This document shows positions 13,453 through 27,754 of a stretch of 64,000 bases of DNA, one piece after another (the stretch's first letter is position 1; every line of letters starts with the position of its first letter). Under the pieces are notes generated by a model. It did no database searches. It was not told the origin of the DNA and was given only the letters and a program-made list of their open reading frames with translations. The position numbers and the translations under genes are program-made. The DNA is from Octopus sinensis (lineage: Eukaryota), in NCBI RefSeq assembly GCF_006345805.1, contig NC_042997.1:101990001-102054000 (forward strand), read 5' to 3'.

Positions 13453-15771
13453 CAGACAGATAGATAGACAACGTTAAACTCATTTAATATTTTTATATAA
13501 CGTGTGTAGATATTAAATGACTTTAGCATATTAAATTATCTCTCTCCATTAGTGTCCACTATCCACCTGGGTATGTATCAGACAGAATTTGTTGAGAGCA
13601 TATATTTCTATGGTTGGATGCCCTTCATGTTGCCAACCCTCACTTAAGTAAAATAATACTTCCTATTGAACAGGTATGTTTCCACTGAAGACTGGAAATG
13701 AAGAGCACTGCGAGCATAATGGTGACACTCATTTACAACTACTGTACAATATGTAAGCACAGAGACAGTAACACACACACACACACACACACACACTGTA
13801 CCAGAATTTTAAACTTAAGTCAAATATAACAAACTACTCTAAATTGTTAGAGTACATTTTTGAAATACTTTAACTGAGGAAGGTTTACATAATGGATGCA
13901 TTTCTTATATATTATGCAAACCTGAAACCTACATGTTAAATGATTTCATAATATCAATATTTAGTTTGATTTCATTATCATAACTACACACATACTCACA
14001 CATGATGTGTTTCTTTCAGTTTCTGCCTACAAATCCACTCACAAGGTATTTGATCCCTTTTTATCTATAACAGAAGACACTCACCTATGGTACCATGTCT
14101 GGACCACTTTTGCGTTATTACCTATTATAGTTGTTTACAAAAGCAAATAAAAATTTAAAGGCTAATGTTCTTGTAGACCCATACAAACATAAACAGAAGC
14201 TAAATATATTTCATCACTGTGCTATTTCTGTTTTGGTTTTATATTTTACTCATGAACTCGAGTGATATGTTCTTTTTGGTACTGAAACATAATGAACAGT
14301 TAATGAGCTATCATTCTCATAGAAAATGTAATATTGTTAGAGTGACTTAAACTCTTCATTACACATCAGTTATCTTCGGTAATAGATGTAACCTATACCA
14401 CCAAATTATAGCTATGCACCTACACCTGGCAAAACCATTTGGTTTTCATGTATAATATACACCTATAATTTTTAGGCTTAAAAATCCAGAAAAAGAAGAA
14501 GTGTATATTATACACAAATAAATATATTATGCAATCTCCCTTGATTATTAATGATACATAGTTTCCCATTGGTAACGTAAATAGACAATTACATAAGAAA
14601 ATGATTTATTGGTATATTATTGATGTAGCATCCATTTTCCAGGTTCTGTATTACTAAAGCTTCCACATCAACCATTCTTCCATCCAACCTGGCCTAACAT
14701 TTTTGTCACTGATGTTTAGCCTTGGATCAATCACGAATGAGTAAATTTGTGATCAAAAGCACTCAATCTGTGACAATCCTAATATTTTTAACATCTAAGA
14801 CTACCTTGTCCAGTATATCTTTCCATATAACATATGTGATTTGAAAGATTTAGGCTACATTTTTCTAGTAGGTTTACCAATTACACAGAGGCTTCCTTAT
14901 ATGTTTGTGTTTTAAATTTTGCTAGAAATATAAATCTATCAAAGCTCTTACATAGTTAAAATATGTTTCTCCTGTTCAAATATCAAAAGTAACAACAGCT
15001 GTTATATATTAATGTTTTAACATTAACAAGGAAGCACTGAATCATATAAATAGAAAACTATAAAAATATTGTACATAGTTTTAAATAACTTTCTAAGCCT
15101 ATTTCTAGTAACATCCGATGTCAATTACACATCAATCACACAGAAAAGATTGCATGAAAAAGGTTTGAGTTCCATATCAGAGACATACAATACTTCAGTC
15201 TGTATTCTTAACAAAGTGACAACATGCATGAAGCCAAAATATTTTTTCGTTAAGTAAGAGTAAACATCTACTATATGCAAATGACAAATCAAAATGAAGA
15301 TAAATTATCCAGCTGTTAGGCAAGCTTTCTTTATCTGACATTTTATAACCACTGAGGTGTAGTGAATATCTGTCATCTTTATGGTTCTCTGCGATACATA
15401 GTAGTACACCTTGCCCTTCTGATATTTCTTTGTACAGTTGTCTTGCAAACTTATTTCATCTGTCGCTCATCTCTCATATTCACATTGTGCTAGCTTCCCT
15501 GTCTGATTCTTTTCCCCAGAACTGTAATCATCTAGAATTCATCTCTACAATGAAGGATGTTGTCTATTGTTTTCGTCTATTAATATGGAGACAAATTGTG
15601 AGAATGTTATTTGACATTTTGGGAAGAATTTTGATATAGAGAATGTTTATTAAACTACCTAGACAAATATTTCATGCAGTGATATTGCTGTTTCCAATTA
15701 TTATTATATAGCATAGAGTGTGTACAAGATTCTAAGCTGTGAAGTAAGTGTAACACAATATAATTAATATA

Positions 15772-15945
15772 TTATAAATCTATAGAAGTTTTTGTAGTAT
15801 CTTCTGATATAATATGCATAGTTTCTAGAATACTAATGGCCTTAAAAAGAACAATTAAGTCACAAGTAATTCTAGATTGATCCCTAATGTTAGTTACTAA
15901 CCGATGCTTAGGAACTACTGACATACATTCAACAACAAATGTATG
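15772..15945 (-). CDS. candidate distal last exon of the SLC6-like gene
   Basis: Acceptor ttaattatttttaag|CAT, phase 0 (compatible with the 27409 donor). 57 open codons HTFVVEC...TSIDL*, AATAAA on the minus strand at 15646-15651. No homology support. Confidence 0.25.
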   Translation of the reverse strand, partial: HTFVVECMSVVPKHRLVTNIRDQSRITCDLIVLFKAISILETMHIISEDTTKTSIDL

Positions 15946-17419
15946 CTTAAAAATAATTAACATTTGAAAGATCCTTTATATTCAACAAATGAACAACTAA
16001 ATCTAAAAGAGAAATAATAAAAACTGAATTAATGAGTGCAAACTTCTGAGAGACATAATACAATAAAGTCTATGTTTTTTCAAATGAAGTAAAAACAAAG
16101 AAAAAAAGATAAGCATTTACTGTTATTAAACGAGATTTCAAAATAAGAAACATAATTTTGTAAAAGGAATTTGAAGTTACCTGAAGACTGAGTGAATGAA
16201 AATGAACCGATTTCATGTTTTATACATCTTAAGACTGAGAACATTAAACCCATATGACTAAGAAAGTAACTTAATAAACTATACTTGAGTGCAGACTGAG
16301 TGTACTGTGTAAAGTGTGTCAATAGTAAAGGTATGTTTACTTTCATCTAAAAAGTTAATACCGTGAGAAATATATAAAATAAATCACAATTAAATGATGA
16401 CACACTGAATGTATGTTGAGTATAGAATAAAATGTAACACTTGAGTTATTGTTTAATACGGTTAAGAAGCTTTACAATTTGATTTGGTGGTGGGTTGACA
16501 AAATTATTAAAGCATTGGACAAGATACCTTGCAGTATTAGGTCCGACTGTTTATGTCATGAGTTCAAATCCCACTAAAGTTAACTCTGTCTTTCAAACTT
16601 TCGAGGGCATTGAAATAAAATATCACCCCAGGTTAGAAGGATGGTGGAATTGTTAAAGGACTGGACAAAATGTCATGTGGTATTTGTTCTGTCTCTTTAC
16701 TTTGTAAGTTTTTTAATAGCAATGGTACCAAACTGTATTGGTTCTTGCTTTCACTTAGTGAACATCAATAGCACAGAGAGAAGAGACTTGCTATATGGGT
16801 AAGAGTTATTCTTTAAAAAAAGCCTATCCTGCCCAAGCCTGTGCTCTGAAAGGGCAGTTCTCAAAAGCTAATACATGATCAAGCCTGATGAATGAATGCC
16901 TTAGACAATTTGTTTCATGCTCCTTTGATCTTAAATATATAGACATATTCTGTTAATTCCTATCTTGTCATAATTCCTATACAAAGTATACACTCTAATA
17001 AACACATTCTTGTGAATACTAACACATATGCATCTCTCTATTAAGGTCTCTGTTTATCTGTCTGCCTATCTCTCCCTCACTCTCCCCACTCACTTTTTCA
17101 CACAAAAGTATAAGTCAACATCTATACAATTATACTGCTAAGATATAATCTTGGTGGTGTCATCAAGATCAAACATAAAACATATATTTAGCTACACATG
17201 CATTGCATCACAATTGCACCTAAGCAAACAAATCTTTTCTTTTACTTGTTTTGATCATTGAACTGTAGCCTTGGACTTTTTAGTCAAACAATTTGCCTGC
17301 AGTGCTTATGTTTTTTTTAAAGTCTTATTCTTATTCTATCATTCTCTCTTGCTGAATTACTAAGTCATGAGGATGTAAAGAAATGAACACAAGCTGTCAG
17401 GCATTGACTGAGGGAAACA

Positions 17420-17551
17420 AACACACACACACATATAAATACATATGTACATACATACATACATAAATACATACATATATACATAAAAAATACATACACA
17501 CATACATACATACATACATACATAATACATACATACACATACATACATACA

Positions 17552-17585
<34 letters not shown>

Positions 17586-17645
17586 CATACATACATACAT
17601 ATATACATACATACATGCATACATACATACATATATACATACATA
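17420..17645. repeat. (TACA)n microsatellite (similar tracts at ~20440-20600, ~36250-36400, ~36600-36790, ~44100-44460)
   Basis: Seen directly; source of the MYVC/HTYI ORFs. Confidence 0.95.
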
Positions 17646-17858
17646 TATTAAGAAAAAGAAGGTAGTCAGGATTTGGATAAAAACTATTTATTTAGCACTT
17701 TTGTCCTTTTCAAGGATATATCATGAATAAACCCATTCATGATGAATTCCTGATAGGGATGAAAAGGCTAAATAAATAGTTTTTATTCAAATCCTGGCTA
17801 TTCTCTTTTCCTTAATATATAAAATCTGTACACCACTTCACACAATCTATACATATAT

Positions 17859-17922
<64 letters not shown>

Positions 17923-18273
17923 CACTGTTGGAACATTGGGCCTCACAGAGGCAAAGTGGCTGAGTTCCTTTCAAGTATTAGGCCTCACAGAGACAATGAC
18001 TGAGACTTTTGGCATTATGTTGTGCTTGAGAAGAAGACCCATCAAGCCAAGCAAAATCACAGACATGACAGATACCAATGTCATGCAAATGGCACCAGTG
18101 CCGGTGACACATAGAAGCACCCATTATACTTTCAGAGTGGTTGGTGCTAGGAAGGGCATGTCAAATCAGACTAGAATCTGGTGCAACCTTCCAGCTAACT
18201 AGCCCTGGTCAAACCATACAACCCATACTAGAATGGACAATGGACGTTAAATGATGACGATGATGATGATATA

Positions 18274-18750
18274 TACAGGGTGTGGTGAATAAACTGCTGT
18301 TTAAATTATGCAAAAATGAAAATGACACTAGCATTTCATTTTAACAGATATATTTACCAAAATTAAATAAAAATATCTGGAAATACTAAAGAGTAAATTT
18401 ATTCAATAAAATCGCCATTGGCTTCAATCACGGCCTTCAGACAACTTCAGCATCTTCTGCAACTGTTCTGGATGGTTTCCTTGTTTAAGTTGGTGAATGC
18501 TGCCATAATTCTTGCCTTCAGTTCATCTTTGGTGTTACAAGGAGTTTTATTGGTCTCTAGCTCAACTGTGACCCATACATAATAATCAAAGGGGTTGCAG
18601 TCTGGAGAGTTAGGTGGCCAGATGTTAGGGGTGATATGGTCGCAGAAGTTGTCTGACAGCCATGACTGGGTTTTCCTGCTTGTGTGGCATAGTGCAGAGT
18701 CCTGTTGCTAGACATAGGGTGTTCCAGTAGCCACCCTCTTGACCCAGGGC
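18274..18750 (-). mobile_element. maT/DD37D transposon 3' fragment
   Basis: Closely similar to 11476-11950, including the WPPNSPDCNP region. Confidence 0.8.
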
Positions 18751-19314
18751 AGATTTTGTAACTTCCATGATTTCCTTATAATTTTCAATAAACTAAGGAC
18801 ATTGGAATATCATTACAAATATTAATCAGTGCACAAAGCTACATGCCTGATAAGCAGTAAGATTTTTTAGCAATACTTTTATACTGATATAAAACATTTA
18901 TCCACAATATAAAAGCATATTAAACATGATTTCATTTTTGATTTTCTCCTGAACACAAAGTAATAAAAAATTTTCTAAAGATCAATATGAAAGCCTATGT
19001 GTGTAATAAATAAAACTGGATTCATTTCATTCATGTTCATAGGTCACTAATTATTTAGTTCAAAGCTTTAATATCTTTGATTTACATAACATTTGCAATA
19101 TTTAGGTCAATGTAAAGTACAGTTCTATGTATCAAGATTTATTATTCAGTTTTCTATACATTCATACAAATCAGTTCATAATTATATTAAGCACTGTTAA
19201 AATAAAGTCAATATCTTACCTCCATAATAAAAATTAAAAATGTACCAATGTAAGAAATAATTGATATGGGTGCCATTTTAGTGTGCAGTCTATTTGATCA
19301 TTTACACTTGTCAT

Positions 19315-19500
19315 CTAACCTAACCCTAACCCTAACCCTAAGGCTAACCCTAAACCCCAACCCTGATCCTAATCCTAAACTTAACTAATCTTAACCCCTA
19401 ACCCTAACTCAAAACTTAACTTTAACCCTAAACATAAAACCTAACCCTAAACTCAAAACCAAACCTTGAATCAAACCTAACCCTAACCTTAATCCTAACT
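19315..19500. repeat. degenerate interstitial (CCCTAA)n telomere-like tract
   Basis: CTAACCCTAACCCTAACCCTAA followed by ~25 degenerate hexamers; a shorter similar tract lies at ~46390-46440. Confidence 0.75.
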
Positions 19501-20619
19501 TAGATCAGGTAATTTCACAGTGTAGACTAGGGATACTGCAGTAGCCTACACACTTAAGTAGTACCCTGATATTATACATCACAACATTATCATAATGATG
19601 ATCAGGACCAATATACATATATGTGACTGAAGACCTACTTTCTTTATATATAAAGAATTAAATGAAGCCATAAAAATTTCAGTTAGTAATAATATCAGTG
19701 GAAGTGCATAGCTTAGTGGTAAAGGTGTTGGACTTGTGATTGTAAGATCGTGGTTTTGATTCCGGGACAGGGCAATGCATTGTGTTCTTGAGCAAAACAC
19801 TTCATTTCATGTTGCTCCTGTCCACTCAGTTGGCAAAAATGAGTAATACTGTTGCCATGGACTGCTGTCCCATCCACATGGGGAATATATATACCAAGGA
19901 AATTGGGATGCAGCCCTTATGATGCTGGTCCTTATGTATGATTCAGGAAGGATCTTTATGTTCTTTTTTAGAATAATACAGAAACTTATAAATGTACCAA
20001 AGCTAGAGATTAGACTTGGAGTCTTTTGCTTAATGCTCTCTCAGCTGAGCTGTTTTGATTCTTAGCAAAAGGCTTCATTATTTGTAGTAATAAATATTTG
20101 CTGTTATTAAAATGGGAAAATTTTGTTAATGTATACCAAGTAAAACATGTTAAGAAAAAATTTCATTCTAAATTAAAAATTAATTAAAAATTAATATAAT
20201 TATATTAATTCAAAATATAATGTGTCTTCATATGTTAAATATATTAACCAATTAAGAAAAAGAACTCATTCCTAATTATAAATCATTTCAAATTATAATT
20301 GATTTGTGTTTTTATACAATTTCACACTTTTATTTTATATCTTAGATTCTTTTAAAATGTATAAAAAGTCTTTCAAATTTTCCCAAGGAAATGTTATAGA
20401 AAATTGCACAAATCCCTTTTTGTGTATGTGTTGGCTAAATACATACATACATACATACATACATACATACATACATGCATACATACATACATACATACAT
20501 ACATACATTACATACATACTTGCATGCACATGTACACACATACATACATACATACAAACATACATACATACATACATACATGCATACATGCATGCATGCA
20601 TACAAGTTAACAGGTAAGG

Positions 20620-21347
20620 AATATTGATGTCAATGACCTGCCTATCTCCTCCTTCACTAGTGGTGAATGTTACAAATATCTTGGAACTGACAAGAATATT
20701 ACACATGTTCATGCAATGAGTAAAGCTAGAGTATCATAAATTATTTCAGTAGACTTCAGAAGGTATGGAAGTCAGAGTTGTCTGCATTTAATAATACTAT
20801 ATCCCACAATACTTTTGTTGTGTCAGTGCAAGTACTGACATTTAGGATAGTAGACTGGACACTTGAAGAGATCTGCAACATTGGCATCATTAATTATAAG
20901 ACAAAAGAGATCATTACACTTGTGTAGAGAGGTATTAGGCAACATGAGGGTATCACATTCAACCCCAGTGCTGAAGTCATCCAATCAAAGAATTTTCTTC
21001 TTCTGTGATTATATACATGAAGGGTCAAATAACAGGGAACAAACACTCTTTGTTAGTTATGCAGCTGATTGTCATATGTACTGATAATTACAGTAAGTCT
21101 ATTCCAATATTAACGATCAACAAAACTGGATGATATTCTTTTCTCACTTCTTTGAAATATTGCTCCATATATAGATTAGTACCAAAGATGCATTATGTTT
21201 CAGCCACTCTGCTTATCTTGAAAGAGTGTGGCTATTTTTTTATTTTCTATTTTTATTTGTGTAATAGTTTATTTCTTTCTTTATTTTTTTATTTCAATAG
21301 TATCTAGAAATCTTAAGTCTCTCAAGTCAGCTACACCAATACAGAAG

Positions 21348-21381
<34 letters not shown>

Positions 21382-22500
21382 ACACACACACAGATGTATA
21401 GAGAGAGATGGAGTGAGTACGAACCTGCTATAAAGAGATAGAGAAGGTAGGAAGATATTAGCAATGACTGATAATTTCACATTAGTAGTGATATTGATAG
21501 GATCTGTGTTAAATGGAAGAACAGAGGTGGAGGAATAAAGTAATTCCAGACAACCTTTGAGAACTGCATTTTATCACTTAGACAATATCTACTGAAGAGC
21601 AAAAAGGGAAATGAGTACATAACATGTATACTCAACAGTTAAGGCAATAACATGAGATTAAGCAGTGAACTCCTGAACAAATATTCTGAGTTTATTGTTG
21701 CTCCATATGAACCCAGGGTGGCTGGACTGACCTATTTATTGAGAGGGTACATACACTACAAGATGAGAATACCAACAACATTGACAGGACTAGCCTCTCT
21801 TGGACCTGTGATAAGTACATCATATTTCACCCAGAAGACTGTGATTTTGCTATCCAAGAACAGGAGATAGTTATTAAATAACTGACTAACAAAAGAGATA
21901 AGGATGCCACTAAACTTCCATGCTGGGGTAGAAAGTGTAGATTGTGCCATACCAGTGTGAAAGATATTTAGATCATCAGTAGCTTTCCAAACATGTCTGC
22001 AAGGTATTGCCTTTCCATGAGGAAACATTGTCAATAAGTCAATCTTCAATACTAAATACAAGAAGGATTGTCAATACCAAAGTCATACCAGAACCAGAAA
22101 GTATACACACCTTTCAAAATGAAGAATACTGGTGGAACATTCCAATAAAAACAGCTTCCTGGTGTGAACACAGCAGGCCAGACATAGTTGTATGGGGCAA
22201 TGAGCACTTGTCTCAGCAATTGCCTAGGAGATGTGAATGTCTCTTCAAAAATTGGGGGGAGCAATTGAATATTTATGGAAAAAACGATGAGAAAATTACA
22301 GTTCTTACATCCAGGCTATGCATTTTCATTTGTTCCTATCATCATAGGTGCATCAAGTTACATAACAACAAACCTGCACAGAAATCTAGAAATGTTGGGT
22401 TCTCAAAAGAACAGAGTAGACTGGTTCACATTCTCTGGATACAATCATTCAGAGGAACAGTGAAAACTTCTAAAACATTTCTGGGATTCTTCGTTAGAGG
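20620..22500 (+). mobile_element. decayed R4/Dong-like LINE (RT C-terminus to REL endonuclease), interrupted by a 550-bp insert
   Basis: ECYKYLG, VDWTLEEIC, NFHISSDIDR..RGGG, and a REL domain EYWWNIPIKT..HSRPDIVVW..FVPIIIGA. Confidence 0.8.
20890..21450 (+). repeat. ~550-bp dispersed direct duplication, copy 1
   Basis: Near-identical to 23341-23892, including the (CT)n(CA)n tract. Confidence 0.9.
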
Positions 22501-22734
22501 TATCTTATTTGTGGGTTTTTGGTCCAAGGCTATCTGTATGCTCTTTGTACATAATCAAGAGTTCCTTACTACCAACAAACCAGTATAGAAAATTCAAGTT
22601 GCAATGTATAAAATTGACCTTTGTTAATATTCAGTGCACTCTCAACTATATTTTGGATATGCACTTTATATTTTCTGGAAATATTCATTTATATATATAT
22701 ATATACTGGAAAAAACAATAACTCTGAGCATATT

Positions 22735-23100
22735 TTCAAACTCCATCTGTCTAACACCCGTGGACATGTTTACAAAGTCAGAAAACAGCACAGCTCCCAT
22801 GACTTTCAGAAACATTTTTTCACACTAAGAGTTGCTGAAGCATGGAACAAACTGCCAGCATCAGTTGTTAGTTGTTGGAGCACTGCATCCTTCAAAACTT
22901 CTGTGCTTCCTGAGATTCACCAACACTACACCTGATTTTCTCCCCTCCATACAGACGCAAGCATGTATCTGACTCATATACTGTTCACTTTCCAGACATT
23001 TGTACATTACTGTATATGCTTTATACACACTTTTGACAAGTTGTGGTGCACCTGAGCACTGTATACAATAATTCCATTATTATTATTTTTTATTATTATT
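22735..23100 (+). mobile_element. CR1-like LINE, short 3' fragment with (TAT)n tail
   Basis: Matches the last ~300 nt of 24960-26607, including the GTGCACCTGAGCAC stem-loop. Confidence 0.85.
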
Positions 23101-23340
23101 AAATCAGGATCTGCAAGTCTGTACTGATTGGTCTTTAGCTTCAACAGTATCAAATAATCATGCAGTAATTTCCTTTGTTGCACAATAGCTCATAATTGTA
23201 CTAGCAATAGTTATATAACTTGGTGTGAGAATGAATCATATCTCAGCAATTCCAGATTCATATTATGATATAGTCTTTTTTATAGCTGGATCTTATTTTT
23301 AGAAAGGCTTTATATTCTCCTAAGGTCATAGGTTAACTAC

Positions 23341-23802
23341 TTAATTATAAGACAAAAGAGATCATTACACTTGTGCAGAGAAATATTAGGCAACAAGAGG
23401 TTATCACATTCAACCCCAGTGCTGAAGTCATCCAATCAAAGAATTTTCTTCTTCTGTGATTATATACATGAAGGGTCAAATAACAGGGAACAAACACTCT
23501 TTGTTAGTTATGCAGCTGATTGTCATATGTACTGATAATTACAGTAAGTCTATTCCAATATTAACAATCAACAAAACTGGATGATATTCTTTTCTCACTT
23601 CTTTGAAATATTGCTCCATATAGTAGATTAGTACCAAAGATGCATTATGTTTCAGCCACTCTGCTTATCTTGAAAGAGTGTGGCTATTTTTTTATTTTCT
23701 ATTTTTATTTGTGTAATAGTTTATTTATTTATTTATTTATTATTTCAATAGTATCTAGAAATCTTAAGTCTCTCAAGTCAGCTGCATCAATACAGAAGTC
23801 TT

Positions 23803-23833
<31 letters not shown>

Positions 23834-23892
23834 GATGTATAGAGAGAGATGGAGTGAGTATGAATCTGCTATAAAGAGATAAAGAAGGTAGG
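23341..23892 (+). repeat. ~550-bp dispersed direct duplication, copy 2
   Basis: Near-identical to 20890-21450. Confidence 0.9.
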
Positions 23893-24959
23893 GCGATGTA
23901 GTTATATAAAGCTAAAGATTAAAGCAGATAGAAGTATGTATGTATGTATGTATGTATAAATTTAATTATGCCAAGGACCTATAATCCTTTAAGGGATGTT
24001 TGCATCCTAGTTCTCTAGTTTTTACCGGTGTCCAGTGCAAAACTAAATACATTAGTCTTGCATTGACGGATATGACTAGCACCCATGTCTGTAGCACATA
24101 AAAAGCACCATTTGAGCGTAACCAATGCCAGTGTTACCTGATTGGCACCCATGCCAGTGGCATGTGAAAAGCACCATTGGAGTGTGGTTGATACCAGTAA
24201 CGTCTGGCTAGCACCTGTGCCGGTGGCTCGTAAAAAGCATCCACTACACTCTCAGAGTGATTGGCATTAGGAAGGGCATCCAGCTACAGAAAGCTTGCCA
24301 AATCAGACTGGAGCCTGGTGCAGCCTCCTGGCTTGCCAGTCCTCAGTCAAAATGTCCAACCCATACCAGCATGGTAAGTGGACGTTAAACAACTATGATG
24401 ATAATGAATACCATTCTTACCATAAAGTAGGACTGGAGCCTATATTTTTGTGCAATTAAACAAACTGTAGGAAGCAGCCATTACTTCAAATTTGAACTAA
24501 TGTCTCCCAGAGAGTGTATGTGTGCCTATTAACAGAGAAGGGAAATCATTTTGGAGGACCATGTTGGTCCTCTAAAATTCTTTGCTATTAGGATCACAGG
24601 GTCTCAGGTTCTGAAATCAGACTAATGATTCATTCATAACTTTGTATTATGCAATAATATAAATTTGAAAATAAATTATTCCATACCACTTAAGTAATAA
24701 ATAAACTCTTAAGTTAGTTAATTCTCTATTAGAATACAAATATTTTAATTCAGAATTGTTTAGTCATGTTCTATAACAAATATGAGATTAAAATTTCCAA
24801 GTGGATGCAAAAAGACCCAACAAAAGGCAACAATGCAGAGTTAAGTGGATTTCACCAGTTTTAAAGTAGTCCATGTTACATCCTCTCTTTTTAGGTTTTA
24901 TATGCAAACATATTCACTGTTGAAAGTCAAAATGTACCATCTTCACCATCACTAACAGC

Positions 24960-26567
24960 AAACTCCATAACAACTCCATAACAACTCCATAACAACTATG
25001 GAATTTACACCTGCAATGCTGCGACGTCACCTTCAAAATAAGCGCAACTATGCCTCCCCTGGTCTCGATGGAGTTACATACCTGCTTCTCAAACGTGGCA
25101 GGCACTTCCTTTTACACCAGCTTTCTATTTTCTTCCAGTACTGTCTCAACAATGGTGCTACTCTGGAGCAGTGGAAAACTGCCAGTGTCATTCCTCTGTT
25201 CAAAAAGGGTGACCGCACATCACCTGTCAACTATCGCCCAGTCAGTCTCACTAGCTGTATTGCAAAACTGATGGAATCGTGTGTCAGAGAAACACTCTGG
25301 AACTTCTGGAGCTCTCACAGTCTCATCTGACCCTCACAATATGGATTTGTCCCTAACTCCAGCTGCAGTAACCAGCTTGTCGATTTCCTTGAGGACATTA
25401 CTCAGATCACTGACAGTGGCTCATGGGTGGATGTTGTCTACCTTGACTTTGCTAAGGCTTTCAACTCTGTGCCACACAAAAGGCTTATGGTGAAACTCTC
25501 TGCAATGGGTGTGGGGGATGACCTTTTTAACTGGTTGAAATCCTTCATCCTCAGCCGAAAGGAGGTAGTCACAGTTCTAGGACAGCACTCTACACCATAT
25601 GAGATGTCATCGGGTGTACCACAGGGATCTGTCCTTGGTCCCCTCCTGTTTGTGGCATACATTAATGACATAGATGCCAATTTAAAGAATGCCACAGTAT
25701 TGAAATATGCAGACGACATCAAGCTGTACCTTGAAATCAAGAGGACTGATCCTGATGTCTACAACTCTTTCCTGCAATCAGACCTAGACACAATGCAGCA
25801 ATGGATCACAGACTGGCAACTGAAATTGGCTGTGGACAAGTGTACCACCATGCATTTTGGGAGAAAAAACCCTGCGTCCACATACTCCCTCCACAACACT
25901 GATATCAAGAAATCCTCTTGCGAGCGTGACCTAGGTATCACTGTCAGCAGTGATTTGCGTTGGACAAAGCATATCTCTAAAATTGTCAAGAAGGCCGAGG
26001 GTGTCTTGGCATCACTCAGCAAGACATTTGTTAGCCGCTCTCCAGCCATCTATTTAAAATTGTATACAGCTATGGTACGACCACACTTGGAATTCGTATC
26101 ATCAGTTTGGAATCCCTATCTTGCTCAGAACATTGACCTCCTGGAATCTGTCCAGAGACGTGCAACCAAACGCATACCCTCCATCAGACACCTACCATAT
26201 TCTGAGCGCCTTGTTTCCCTGGGCATGGATTCACTGAAGCTCCGGCGTCTGGCGACGGACTTGGTAAACACCCACAAGGTTATCAACCACCTCACCAACA
26301 ACAACACTGAACACCTTTTTGATCTCCATGTGTCTAACACACGTGGACATGCCTACAAAGTCAGAAAACAACACAGCTCCCATGACTTTCGGAAACATTT
26401 TTTCACGCTCAGAGTTGCTGAAGCATGGAATAAACTGCCTGCATCAGTTGTTGACTGCCATGACACTGCATCCTTTAAGGCCCTCATGCTTTCCGAAATC
26501 CGCCGAAACTACACCTTATTATATATACACTTTAGATGAGTTGTAGTGCACCTGAGCACTGTACACA

Positions 26568-26607
<40 letters not shown>
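24960..26607 (+). mobile_element. CR1/L2-group LINE, 5'-truncated, RT frame with one premature stop, (TTA)n tail
   Basis: NYRPVSLTSC, YLDFAKAF, GVPQGSVLGP, YADD, ERDLG, VRPHLE motifs. TGA at 25328 splits an otherwise continuous frame. Confidence 0.93.
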
Positions 26608-26609
<2 letters not shown>

Positions 26610-27408
26610 CTAACTATAGCTGAAAAGCAAGTTATAAAAAAGAAAAAAATAGATATAGTAAAAGAAATATGAATTTTATTTTTATCTTTTAGTCAAGAAT
26701 AAAAGCACTACTCATGACCTTTCACAGGCAGGAAGAAGGGAAGAAGATATCCTCAAATCAGAAACCTGGTCTAAATGCTTGCCCAAGATACAAAGAGCCA
26801 TAACAAATACTAGAAGGCATTTGGCTTGACACTCTTACAGTCCTGCCAATCTATCACCTTAAATTGGTACTTTTTTATCAACCCCCAAAAGGATGAAAAG
26901 CAAAGTTAATTTTGACAGGATTTGAATTTAGAACAGAGGGAGTTAGAACAAATACCATGAAGTGTCTGGGTCAATACTTCAATGATTTTGCGAATTTGCT
27001 GCCCAATATGGAATAAGTATAGAGATGAATAAAATAAAAAAAAATGAGAAAATGTGAAGGTGGGGAATAGGAAATTTGGAGGACATAATGAAATGGAAGA
27101 GGTATAATAAAACAGCTGTTTTTGAGCAATATTTTTTCAAACAATCTTGTAAAATATATAAATAGTCTATTGATTTAATAAAGTTATATTTTGTACATGG
27201 CTTAATCAAGTATTTGGGTATTTACTCTTTGGTCTCTTTATACCACTGTTTTCCTTTCTATTATATCTTATGGCATGTAACCTATTGTTCTGCACATAAA
27301 CTTTTCATAAAAATATTACTTAATTCTTTTTAACCATTAAATTTTTTCTTAAAGATAAAAAGTACATTTTATTCCTCAGCTTTAACTGATATCAAAAACT
27401 GAACTTAC

Positions 27409-27594
27409 CATAGTAACCATTCTTCCAATATCAGGAAAGTATAGATTAGCTGTAAGAATTGCAAGAGCATTAGCAGGGCGCCTGTTATTTTCTTCTTGAA
27501 TTACATATTCGGAGCATTGTTCGTTTTGGAGTTCTTCATCAGACAGAAGACCAGGGCCCCAATCAGGAGGTGTTTCTATAAGTTTTTTGAAATG
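27409..27594 (-). CDS. SLC6/NSS-family transporter, C-terminal tail exon (reads on to a stop at 27382 if the donor is not used)
   Basis: Strong acceptor tttctatcttttatgcag|CAT, phase 0. HFKKLIETPPDWGP matches the ...KL..P.PDWGP motif that follows TM12 in many SLC6 proteins. Ends in ATG|gtaagt; unspliced read-through gives VSSVFDIS* with AATAAA at 27368-27373. Confidence 0.75.
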
Positions 27595-27754
27595 CTGCAT
27601 AAAAGATAGAAATAATTTTAATTGACGATGTGTGGCTATAACAAAAATGTAAAATTACAAGGGTAAAACAGAATAAACAAAATGTGACAATCTTAAAGAA
27701 AATTTCAGTATCATTTTTACACATAATTCTGCACAGTCAACTTGCTGTAGTCAT

